A DNA stretch of 64,000 nt, taken from contig MU053431.1 of assembly GCA_013239625.1 (NCBI GenBank), forward strand, positions 682,001 through 746,000, written 5' to 3'. The notes beneath the pieces are model-generated. The model ran no database searches, was not told the origin of the DNA, and was given only the letters and a program-made list of their open reading frames with translations. The stretch comes from Lama guanicoe (Eukaryota). A program made the position numbers and the translations under genes. Positions 22,111 through 33,408 of the stretch are shown piece by piece (the stretch's first letter is position 1; each line of letters opens with the position of its first letter).

Positions 22111-25000
22111 GTAATGCCTTTTCTTTAACTTCTATACAGGTACCACACTCTGAGTTTTTGATATTTCTAAATGTTAAGCATTGAAAAACAATTTAGAACC
22201 ATCCTGGGTTGTCGCTGAGACCAGCCTCTCCTCCCTCGCTGCCAGAACGAGGGTTCAGGAGAGACGCTCCATCTTGTCTTCCAAGGGGCTCCTGGGACAT
22301 CCGGTCTCTCCCCTGCCCCCGTCCCCGCAGGCCTAGAATCCCAGAGCCCCATGACTTGAGCAGCGTATGCCTGCTTTTTTAAGAACAGATACGACTGTCC
22401 TGAACCCGCCAGCCTCAGGTCGTGTGCGGCCAAGTCAGGTGCAGGGTTGGGCACAGGACCTGGAGCCTGAGGGCCGGGGGGACTCGACCACTGAGGGACG
22501 CAGGACAGTTGCCTCCTTCCAGGCAGACCAAGGACCCTGCCTGTGGCCTGGGCTGCCTGGAGCCAGGAGGATCTCGGGGACTGCGTTCCAGGTGTGAACA
22601 GCAGCCACCCAGAGTCCCCCGGGGGGCCAGGCGGAGGAGCTGAGCACAATGTGAGCAAAACTACGTGAAACCTCATCAACTTGTAAAGGAGGAGGACGTC
22701 GCCTTGTCCTGGACGTGGCGGCCCAGCTGTGCCCTCCGGAGCACAGCGCTGGCCGCCGGCTGCAGCAGCTCCACGTGTGCTGGAGGGTCTCAACACGGGG
22801 ACACGGGGACACGGGTGATCGGCAGCCTGCCATCGTGAATGGCATCTTTTCTTGTCTTCTAGTCGCTTAATGTCAGTTCTTGGGGCTCTCCCCTCCCTCC
22901 CTCCCTCCCTTTCTTCTCTCACACTTAACTTGGTTTGGAAGTTTTAAACGTGGTGACTGCTCTGTAGGGACTTCTCTGGGCTCCGCTGAGTAAGGCTGAC
23001 ACACGCACCTAGACCCCGGCGTGCGCGCGTTGCGGGGCGGGTCGGCGAGCTCACTGACCCCTGCGGACACCTGCAGCCTGCAGAGGCAGTAATCCTCAAA
23101 GGGAAAATGGCTGTCTACTCCCTTCTCTCCCAAACCGTCCCTGCCAAGGACATGAAAAGTCAGGCACGGGTCATCACATCACTGGCATGACACAGCACCC
23201 CACGTGCGGACCGCTGCTCTCCAGAGAGAGGCCACGGGCGGCAGGACGGCCCTGGGTCAGCCACGTGCTGGCCCCCGAGCACGGCGGCTTCCGTCCAAGA
23301 TCCTCGCCTTCCTGGGCCCCTCGGTTCACTGCCCACCTTGTGAAAGAGCCAAGGGCTGCTTCCTTACGTTGGACATTCCTACCCAGTGATAGAGCCCCCC
23401 ACACAGTGAGCAGTGTGGGTGCCCACGCAAGCCTGTTATTAACGCAGCCGTGCACAGCCCTCACAGGCGGGCTCCGGCGCTGCCTGGGTGAGAAGGAATT
23501 TCAGAGGCGGCTTTCTCTCACTGGCTTCTTTGAATTCACCTGTTAAAAAAAAAAGTCAGAATCTGATTCCAAGCTTGTTCTGGGGGATGGCAAACTAATG
23601 AACTGCCCTCATGTTGCCAAAGACTTAGCTCCGAGCACGGGCTGGCAGGCGGATGGGCCTTCACGGGCCGCCTGGCCCTGGGCTCACGGCAGCTCCGCCT
23701 TTGACGGTGGCGGCGGAGGGCATGGCACAGGTCTGATGAGGGCTCGCTGCGCGCAGCTGAAGTAGAGGCCGAGATGAAGGGCGCTCTCCCCCCACCGGCT
23801 CTCCTCTTTCCTCCGTCAAAAGAACCAGGAAGGCAGAATTCAAGCGAAACACCAAGCTGCGCATAATTCTCAGATGCAAGCCTTTAATGCCCATAATAAG
23901 TACGGCGGCCATCAGACCGGTGCTTCTTACAAAGGGTTCAGATGCTCTTCTCGCCTTTGAAAGGATCTGCTCCTTGAAATCGGACTTGGGGCGGTGGGGG
24001 GACTCAATCAGCATGAACATCTCCGAGGTCCTCTCACCGCTGAGATAGCTGTCAACTCCTCAGAACAAACCAAGCCATTTACAGGGCACCGACGTGGGGT
24101 CCACGCGGAGTCGGCGTGAGTAAGTCCATTGTGCGCCCTTCAGAGTGGAGTGACGAGGAATGAGAAGCCGTTTTGTGAAATGGGAAGCAGGCAACTTGGC
24201 TTCCCGTGACACCTTCCCCGCCCAGAGGAGGAGCCCAACAGGGGAACACTTACCCGGAATGAAGAGCCTGCGCTTGGTAAGCGAGGCGGTGGTGGCGCAG
24301 CAGCAGGCTGGGAACGAGAGCGAGCTAGAGCTGGCCCTGGCGTGCGTCCGAGCGGCTGGAGCTGCGTCTGGGCACCGGGGCCCGGCTCCAGGTGGGTGGC
24401 TCAGATGTTGCAAGCGGCCAAAATCAGGCCCTTCCGGAGCTAACTCGCGCGGCGATAACACCGCTGCCGGACGCTGCCTGGGGACAGGCGACCAAGCTGC
24501 CACTTGCTCTCATTTGCTGAGGGGTCTTTGTCCCTCTCCTTTTCTTATTTTTCAGATGGATAATTCAAGCAAAAGTAAGACAACGTGAATATGTTCTTTT
24601 CATTTTCAGTCACTGACAAGTTTACCACCATGATCCTGCGTTCCCTTTTGGTCCTCACTCTCTGGATAAACCATTGTACACAGTCACACTCCTGGGTCAG
24701 ACTGCACCTCGTCACCCACCCCACCTCGCCGTAATCTGGGGGGCAAGGCTTTGGGGAAACATGTGTTATGAGCTGGTCTTCTGACCACAGCGTTGTTAGT
24801 CATGCACCTGCTGCCTCGGACTAGGTTCTTGGGAGCTAAATTTATTGCCTAAGTTTGTTTGTATTTCTGTGTTTATTTTTATATTTTGTCAAATTATTTT
24901 CACAAGGAACTATGAAATTACAGTGCTTCCAACTTACAGTACCGTCGGCAGTTTATGACAGTAGCACACGATAGCCCCAGTAATATTAAAGATAACAGTT

Positions 25001-25704
25001 CTTTATTTAGTTATTTTTGTTTTTTCTCTTTCTTTTTTAACTGAAGTACAGCTGACTTACAATGTTGTGTCAGTTTCTTACACACAGCATAGTGATGAAA
25101 TTATACATGTGTATATGTACTCTTTTTCATTATAGGTCATTACAAGGTATTGAATACAGTTCCCTGTGCTGTGCAGTAGGACCTTGTTGTTTATCTATTT
25201 TATATATAATAGTTTGTATTTGTTAATCCAAAACTCCTAATTTATCCCTCCTTCCACCCTTTCCCCTTCGGAAACCATAAGTTTGCTTTCTATATCTGGG
25301 AGTCTGTTTCTGTTTTATGAATAAATTCATTTATGCCATTTTTTTAGATTCCACATGTAAGTGATATATGGTGTTTGTCTTTGTCTGACTTACTGCACTT
25401 AGTATGACAATCTCCAGGTCCATCCATGTTGCTGCAAATGGCTTTATTTCATTCTTTTTTAGGGCTGAGTAGTATTCCATTGTATATACATACCACAGCT
25501 TCTTTACCAGTCATCTGTCCATGGACATTTATGTTGTTTCCATGTCTTGGCTGCTGTGAATAGTACTGCTCTGATGGTGGGAATGTAATTCGGTGCAGCC
25601 ACTATGGAAAACAGTATGAAGATTCCTTAAAAAACTAAAAATAGAGCTACCGTGTGGTCCAAGTATCCTGCTCTGGGCATGTCTCTGGAGAAAATTCTAA
25701 TTCA
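25001..25704 (-). mobile_element. 5'-truncated, 5'-inverted (twin-primed) LINE-1 insertion, artiodactyl-type 3' end
   Basis: T-rich tail at 25001-25040 and antisense L1 3' end to ~25572, then a sense-oriented upstream L1 segment GGTGGGAATGTAA...GCAGCCACTATGGAAAACAG...AATTCATAAAGA. Flanked by TSD TAAAGATAACAGTT (24987-25000) / TAAAGATTGCAGTT (25705-25718). Confidence 0.9.
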
Positions 25705-27599
25705 TAAAGATTGCAGTTTTTAAAATATGTTCATTTGACAGGCTGTACAGCAGGTACTTATTATAATTTTGCATCACATCAGGGAGGTTGAACGCTCTTC
25801 TCTGGCTGCTAATGTTACATCAGCGTGTGACTGTCCCCCCACGGGTCCCGCCGCCGCTGCGATCCTGGCCTCACTCCAGTGGGCACCTCCCTCATCCGGT
25901 GTCTGTCCACTGCGTCCATTCCTTCAACAATGTCACCTGCAAAATGTGTTCTGCTTTTCCCACAAGAGCACATCTGGATGGAACTTACATATGTTTTCCA
26001 ACATGGCCTATCCGACAAGTTCAATCTGACTTACAGACCACCTGATTTGTGCTGGAAAGTTATTGGGGAAGTCGCTGTCCAGGGACAGGAGGCTCGACAC
26101 CAGGCTCTCCTCCCTGCATCGTGGGCTCGTCAGACCCCTCTTGTTCTCAGCAAGTCAGAATGCATCACAGCCCCCGTCGGACCCCAGCCTTCAGCCAGAC
26201 AGAGCCTGGGTCCCTGCCAGGCCTCCAAGGGACCCACGTGGCCAGCGGTGCCTGGGGGTCGAGGGGAGAGGCCACTGCAGGGAGCCCGAGGATGGGGAGG
26301 CCACAGACCATCTGGTCCTCACTCCATCCGACACTGGACACAGCTCTGTGCACCCGGCGGGCCTGCTGGAACCCGTGACTTGCCTGTCTTCTCCGGGAGC
26401 GTGACGTCTGCCCGTGGGGCTGAGTTCCCTCTGGAGGCGCAGGGTCAGCTCGGTTCTGGGGAGTGGCACAGGCAGCAATGATGGCCGTCGGGGGTCGTGT
26501 CAGTGCCTCAGAGGTCTGGCTCCTCTCCTTGGGTGTCAGGTGCGACGAGGCTCGGGTGCTGCTCCCCCTTGCTGAGAGCGTGTCTGGGACTCTTACCCTC
26601 CATTCTGAAGAGCCTCCTTCCCATGCCGGAGTAAAGGTTGTCCTGCAGAACAAGGCCAGTCTGCCCCAGATGTCTCTTTTCAGATGGTTTCTGGACATCT
26701 CAGGCGACAGGACTGGCTCGTAGGTGAGAGGGAACCTGGGTTGGGGGAAGACTCCATGGCTTCTACCAGCAGGATCACATCTCCAGCCCTGTCAGTGGGG
26801 CCCTTTGTGACTCCAGGGGGCGGGTCTAGACTCCACTGAATGTGCCATCCTCAGCCCCTCTTCAGTGGGGACACTCACCCCTCAGAAGACAGAGGGCCAC
26901 AGACCCCAGGGCTGAGGGAGGGTCTTAGGGCATGGCCCCAACCCCATTGGGAGCATCTCAGAGCACTGTCCCCTCCAGGGATACTGACCCAGTCCCACCA
27001 GGTGCCAGATCTGGGCTTGGCGGGGCCACAGCAGAGACGGTGAGCACACCGACTGCAGCAGGGTTCCCCAGCACCCACTAAATGCCAGGCAATCTGGCTG
27101 CGTCTTGAGAACCTGGGGAGCCAAGGTTTCAAGGGTACAATGGTCATGTGTGTCTTTGAATAGACGCCTGTGTGAGCAGGTGGGGGGTGGGCGTGGGCGT
27201 GGATCCTCTGGAGCTTGCTGCAATTGCCCAGCTGAGAAACGGTGGCAGAGGAGACAGAGGAGGTAAGCAGGGCATTCCAAGAGGAGAGAAGTGGTCTGTG
27301 CGTGTCAGGGGTCGGGGGTGTGGGGCATGGCCAGAGGAGCAAACCTGGATGGAGAGACATCTGTCCGCATGTTTCATACAGCTGGAGAAATACAAGGCTT
27401 TTGGTCACTTGGCCACACGTTTCTCAGGTTAAAGCTCTTGGACTCTCTACCCTGGAAGGGATGGGAATCCATTGCCAGATCTTAAAGAAGACAGTTGACA
27501 TGATCAGATCCAATGCTTAGAAAGCTCACCCTCTGGGCTGGGGGGTGGTGGGAGGTGATTTGGAAGGGGAGCATTTCTCCAGACTTCTGTAAAAATGAA

Positions 27600-27860
27600 T
27601 ATGTCAAATCAGTTTCTTCGTCTTTACAATGATGATAAAAATAACTCATTTGGGGCTTGGGAGCATGTACAGTGAGCATCGTAATGTCTATCCGTCATAG
27701 TTTGCTTGGGCATCACGCCAAAGGCTTCACCTACAAAACTTCATTTAATTTACTCTTCAAAACAATCTACAAGACAGAGTGATTGCCTGCCTTGCACGGA
27801 GGAGAATATTAAGTCTCAGCGAGTCTGAGTATTTGCCCGAGACCCTCCGGCTGCAAGGGC
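27600..27860. mobile_element. Two MIR fragments in opposite orientations
   Basis: TCAGTTTCTTCGTCTTTACAATG on + and TTCATTTAATTT...GGAGGAGAATATTAAGTCTCAGCGAG..TTGCCCGAG on -. Confidence 0.5.
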
Positions 27861-29524
27861 AGAGCTGGGCTGGAAAACCGCCGTGGCTGACTTGGGAACA
27901 TCAGCCTCTGAAACGTCCCGGGCCCTAAGACAAGGCCGACGACAGCTCGGAGGGTGAGCAGGCGCGCAGCCTCTCACAGGTGAGGCACTGGGATCAGAGA
28001 AACCAAGCAACTCTCCCGTGGCACCTCACTCGTGTAAGTCGGAGGGTCAGACGCCAGCGTCCCAGGTCTGAGGGGTGTTTTCATGGCCGTGCTTTCACCA
28101 GAGGCAAGACCTGCAGAGATTTGGAAGAGGGCGGGCATTTTTATTGTAGAAGAAAAGGAAGACTCGGGTCACAGAATTCTATCAGCGAGTCAGGGAAGAA
28201 TGGGACAGGTTTTTTTGTTTGTTTGTTTTCAGCTCCACAATTTCACAAAATAGCACAAGTCAGAGTGAGAGACGAGGCAGACCCGGGAGAGCACGGAGCA
28301 GGGGAAGGACGGCGAGCAGGGAGGACCGGCCGCTCCTGGAAGCTGGACCGTCTCCGTGTCCCTCGATGGCCCTGCTTGGATCGCGCCTGGAGCTGCTGAA
28401 GGCTTCCTGCCATCAGTGATGAGGAGTGAGTGATGCTGGAGGCGGCCACACCCTGAGCCGCCACCAGGTGCAAGGACACCGAAAGGGGACCCGTGACTCT
28501 TCACAGCGAGTCTCCCAGGCAGCTTCCCTCCCCACTGTCTCCTTGGTCTTGGCATTAGGCTATTTCAGACAATTGCTGTGAATCTCTGTATTTCCAGAAA
28601 AGCCAAAGCAATTTATTTGGGAGATGAATTCAAGCCCTTAAACAAACCACACAGAAAATTGTGACCGAGGCTGAAGTTCGAGGAGAGATGAAATGGCCGG
28701 TGGTGTTCTGTAAGTCTGGGGCTCTTTTACGTTCCAGCCGGCGAGGCGACTGAGCCCCCGCACCGCATCTTTGGAATCAGACCGCCCACCGCCCGTTCCC
28801 ATCTCATCCCTCTTCTACGGAGCGGGGTGGCGGTGGCCCGGTCTCTGCAGAAACAATGAGCTCCCAGGTTACTTAACCCTCATTTCCCCTGAAGCACTGG
28901 CTCCAGAAACGAGCCCCCACCCGCCCCGGCCGAAAGTCATCAGGAAAATGCTTCCCAGCTCTTTTGTTAAATTGTGGAGGTGAAAACAAACAAGCAAAAA
29001 AACCTGTTTCATTCTGCCTCGACTCTTTGACACCATGAATTGCCAGCTACACGCCGCACATTCCGAACAACTTTCTTGGGGGTGGGCACTATGCTTCTGG
29101 TCCTCTTATCTTTACGACACGGCCGAATTTCCGTAAAACCTGGAAAAGAAAAACATAGACCTTTTAATTGAACCATAAGGCATTTCCCTTAAAGAGCATT
29201 GCTCCAGCATTTTCCATGAACATCTTGGCGGAATCTTCAAAGAGGCCGAAGCTTTTCCTTGAGTTTTACCTTAAATTAGCTTCGGAAATCCGTCTGCGGT
29301 GGGAGGAGGCGAGGCGGGGCCGCTCCTGTCCCCCGCGTGGCCGAGGGCAGCGCGTCCCGCCGGAGGTGCCGCACGCCGACCCGATGCGGGGCGGGGTCTC
29401 AGGCTGCCCCTCCCTCTGGTCCTCAGTCCCGGTTCCCCCCATGACCACCGCAGCCCGAGAGGTAAGGGAACCCACGCCAACCCAGTGGCCTCCAGGCAGA
29501 CTCTCGGCGGTTACGAGCTGCTGG

Positions 29525-29984
29525 TGAATTATTTTCCCGTGGCTGCTAGAACACATCACCACAAATTCAGCACAGATGTGTTCACTCACAATTCTGAAGC
29601 CAGAAAATCAAAACCAGTTGCCCCGGGGCTCAAATCAAGGCGTGGGCAAGGCTGGTTCCTTCCGGAAGCTCCAGGGAGGAATCTGTTCCCTTGCCTTTCC
29701 CAGCTTCCGTGAGCTGCCTGCATCCGGGGCTCCGTCCTCCATCACTGCACCCTTGTGCCTCCCTCATCACACCTCTGACCACAGTGTCGCCGACCCTCCC
29801 ACCGCTCTCCTATGAAGACCCCGTGATTCCGTCGTTAGGCCAGCCCGGCTAGTCCGAGATAGTCTCCCATCCCGAGATCCTTAATCACAGGTGAAAACCC
29901 CTTTTGCCACAGAAGGTGACACGGCCACAGGGTCCACAGAGGAGGGTGTGCACACCTGCGGGGACCGTGATCCAGCCTGTCACA
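29525..29984 (-). mobile_element. MLT1 (D/E-like) solo LTR
   Basis: TTTCCCGTGGCTGCT...CACAATTCTGAAGCCAGAA...GGCTGGTTCCTTCCGGAAGCTCCAGGGAGGAATCTGTTCCCTTGCCTTTCCCAGCTTC...AGATCCTTAATCAC...CAGCCTGTCACA. Confidence 0.85.
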
Positions 29985-30149
29985 AAGGGAACGCCGAAAG
30001 AGAGGTGGGGACAGCTTTCCACTTTTGTGTGTATTTCACTGTATCTCTCCTCTGTGCCCGGCTGCCTCCCTTGCCTTGACTTACCCTTTCAGGACCTCAT
30101 CTCATGAGCTGTGACTGGTGTCAGTTCTGTTCCTTGGGGTCCGTTGCAG

Positions 30150-30640
30150 ACCTGATAAATACCACCCGCTGGTGCCTTTCAAGGTGCTGTGCTGTAGAAC
30201 CTGGGGCGCTTGTTGGGGGGAGACACATAATCATGTAAATTAGCCTCTGCCCTGTAGGAACTTGCAGCCCCCTGGGAAGCCTAGACCCTCAGGGAAACAG
30301 GTAAGAACTCAGAGGAGCAGACGGCGTAATGGTGAGTGGTTCAGAGAAACCTTCCTTTGGGCAGGACCTCAGGGAAGGGGCAGCCAACAGTGACCAGAGA
30401 GGGCAGGGCTGGCACCTTGGAGAGAAATGACCTGGGCCAGTCCTGAAAGACATGGGAAGAGGGAGAACATAAGGGTCTCCAGGAAGAACGCGGTGGGAAA
30501 GTCTTGGAGGCGAGAATGAGTGTGGTTTCTTCTGGGTGCAGGGCAGACGTTGCTGGTGTGGAGCTCACCGTTCATTTGGAGATAGAAGGTGATTTCGGCC
30601 AAGTTGGGCAGGGTTGGATTTTGAAGAATCTGCATCCAAC
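30150..30640 (-). mobile_element. L2 fragment, degenerate
   Basis: GCCTCTGCCCTGTAGGAACTTGCAG...TCAGAGAAACCTTCC are L2-like blocks. Confidence 0.4.
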
Positions 30641-31654
30641 AGCAGGTGTTAGGACTTAATCCTATAATCAGGCAAGAGCTACGGATGGATTTCAGACGGA
30701 AATTACGTGATAAAGTTGATGATCTGCCCATGTGAGGCATGATTGGAGAGGGCATACTCACCGTGAAAAAGGGCGGGGCTCTGGGAAGCCAGGGGAACCC
30801 AGGCCCGGGGGGGTGGTGGTGGAGAGAAAGCACAGGTGGGAGGCAGCTCAGGGGAAGAGTCCAGGCTCAGGCTTCTGAATGGAAGTGGGCGGAGCATGCG
30901 AAGGGAAGATGGACAAGGCATCTCTGGCCCAAGGACAGACTTGGCAGAGCCAAGTGCTACGAAACCCTTGTGCTAGATTGCAGACCTGCACCGCTGACCT
31001 GGAGACAGCACCCAGCTTTCCTGTGGCCAACACACATTCATATGAGAGGTGTGCTTCACAATTTACCCGCAGAAGCCAGCGTTAAAAAAACGGACATTAA
31101 ACACAGTGTTTCTCAAGACTCCGTAGCGGCATCTGAGGTTCGTGTTCCTCTTCGTTTTGGAGACACAGGTGCCGGAAACTGAAATAATTTCACACTCTGG
31201 CGTTGGTGTCAAGACAGGTTATTATTTCGATGATAAATACGAAACGTTACAACATGCCTTTTGTGTAGCAAGTGTCTCTGCCTGCCCTTTAAGAGGTCTT
31301 AGATTTAGTGTTGCAAGCACGTGTTCAAAGTAGGATTTGCCACATTTCTTGTTAGCATTCCCATGTGGGCAGTGCAGTCTGAACACTACCCTTTACACAC
31401 ACGCACAGGCACAAATGCATGGACAGATTCAGGTTCCCGCTGTACCCATTCCCACGGAAAGATTTCAGATCAAGAATGAGATGCCAGACAGACAGAAGTC
31501 CTATGCCCACCTTACAGACGTTGGAAATCGCCAAGTGTTCACGCAGTTTCTTTACTGCAAACACACTCTGTTCCTTGGTCTGTTTATACATAGTCTGGCT
31601 GCTTACTGGCAGCATCTCCATCTCCTTGCCCGACTTTGACTCTTCCCGCTAGTC

Positions 31655-31955
31655 TTCCGGTTAATCAGAGGGTGGGGTGCAAGACGGCCAATACACGGGA
31701 TGGCCGGGGGTTGGTTGTAATCGATTAAAAAATTCGACCTGAATCAGTACTAGACTTTTCCTTATGTTTAATTAAGCCCAATTAAACAATGCCGGCTCCT
31801 CCCTGGCACCTGTGGTGCGATTATGTTAAATGTTTAATGCTGGTGAAGGGTTAGGCTGAGCTTCTAATCTGCAGCTCACCATCTGTCCCCTCTCTGGAGT
31901 GTTTGTTATTTAGTTCTGCTTTGGGATAATGAGTTACATTTCAAAGGAAATGGTG
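31655..31955. promoter_or_regulatory. Candidate developmental enhancer / conserved non-coding element
   Basis: Repeat-free AT-rich island with TAATCGATTA, TTAATTAA, AACAATG, TGTTTG and TTCAAAGG. Confidence 0.45.
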
Positions 31956-33390
31956 AGACCCTCCAGCACGGATGGGCCACGGCCTGGCGAATTGGAGCGG
32001 GAGGCGCCTCGGCGACCTGACTTCCACGTGCGGCCGGCTCTGCTGGACCACAGCGGTGGGATCCCGAGAAGAGAGGGACGAGAAAGCGAAGAGCGCCTAG
32101 GAGGCTTCTGGAGGTATTTTCCAGCCTCATGCTGCCTGTGATTGTGGACTTGGAGTGTGAGGACACCAGGTTCACATTGCGAACACCCCGGACACTCTGC
32201 ATGGAGTTCATAGCTGCGTTTCCCCATCCCCCATTTCCCCAGGGGCTGTTGGCCAGCTGTCCAGTGAAAAAACACACCTGTATGTTCTTACCCTCCTCCC
32301 CCCGCGGCCCCAGGACCCACACATCCATCCTCCTCTGGAAATAAAGCCACTCTACAAACCTGAGCACCTATTCCCAAGAGCTCCCTTCAAAGAAAAGGCC
32401 GTGGTTATTTCTGGAAGCAAAACTGCAAACGCTGAGTAAGGGTGTTCGTCAAATGTCAGACTTCTTCCTCCAAAGGAAAACCGGGCCCTCATTATTCATC
32501 TTGGCCTGAAAAGATTCTGAGAGAAGAAATTCAGTGTGTTCTTCGCACAGGCAACACTTGACAAAGAGACTCTTGAAACCTGAGGCTTTGTTTCATTTCT
32601 CTAATGATCCCTAATATTTTTAATATATTTAGGAACGCACGACAGATTTACGCAATTACGTTTTCAACTGGCAGAATCTGTGTAGTCAGTTTCTCAGGGT
32701 TTTTAAAGATCCTCCATCCTCGGCCGAGCACGGGGGGCAGGTTGACACTCCTGCGTATAACTTGGAAGGCAGCTCCAGGAGCCCCACTTGTTAAAGCAAA
32801 TGGACTTTTTAATATTAAATGAGCACAGCTGACACAAGTTCTGGTGGCGAAAGGATTGCCTTCAACGTTTTGGGGACAGAGATGAAAAATCCACTCTGCT
32901 CCTCGAAGCTGGACTCTAAGGCCCAAGGAGCGGCTCCTCCCTGCACCCCCACCAGGGTGGGGGGCGCGGAGCAGAAGGCCAGAGGGCACGCCCAGCAGGC
33001 AGGCACTGTCCAGGAGGTGCGCCCGTGGCGGTGCGCCGCGGCAGGCCCACCCGGACACCTTCGGGATGCGGAAGTGGCCTTGTGCTCTGGAGTGGGGGGC
33101 AGCGGTGGATTTGACACGTGCCTCCGTGGGACACCCCAGTCTTGTAGGTATGCACCCCAAGTGAAAACAGGGCGGGGCCCTGTCCACGGCGGCCAAAATT
33201 AGGAACCAGCTCCCTGCCACCTGTTGAGATGCCCAAGTCATGTGTACTCAGGAGCGTCACCGGATTTTCAAAAGTAACTTTATGCTGATGTAAGATTAAT
33301 CGGGTGCTCATTATAAAATCCACACGGCACCTTATTAAACACCTCCTGTCGCTGGAAGCACAAGGCAGAGGCTCCTTAGGCTGAGGCTGT

Positions 33391-33408
33391 GTTGCCCTCT
33401 AGTGAGAG
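33391..33408 (-). promoter_or_regulatory. Candidate CTCF site
   Basis: Minus strand CTCTCACTAGAGGGCAAC versus the CTCF core CCASYAGRKGGCR (one mismatch). Confidence 0.4.

Noticed and set aside
25902-25949. Minus-strand peptide THFAGDIVEGMDAVDR resembling the cyclophilin 'FGxVVEGMDVV' motif
   Set aside because: The match is short and flanking sequence lacks other cyclophilin motifs, so it is probably chance.
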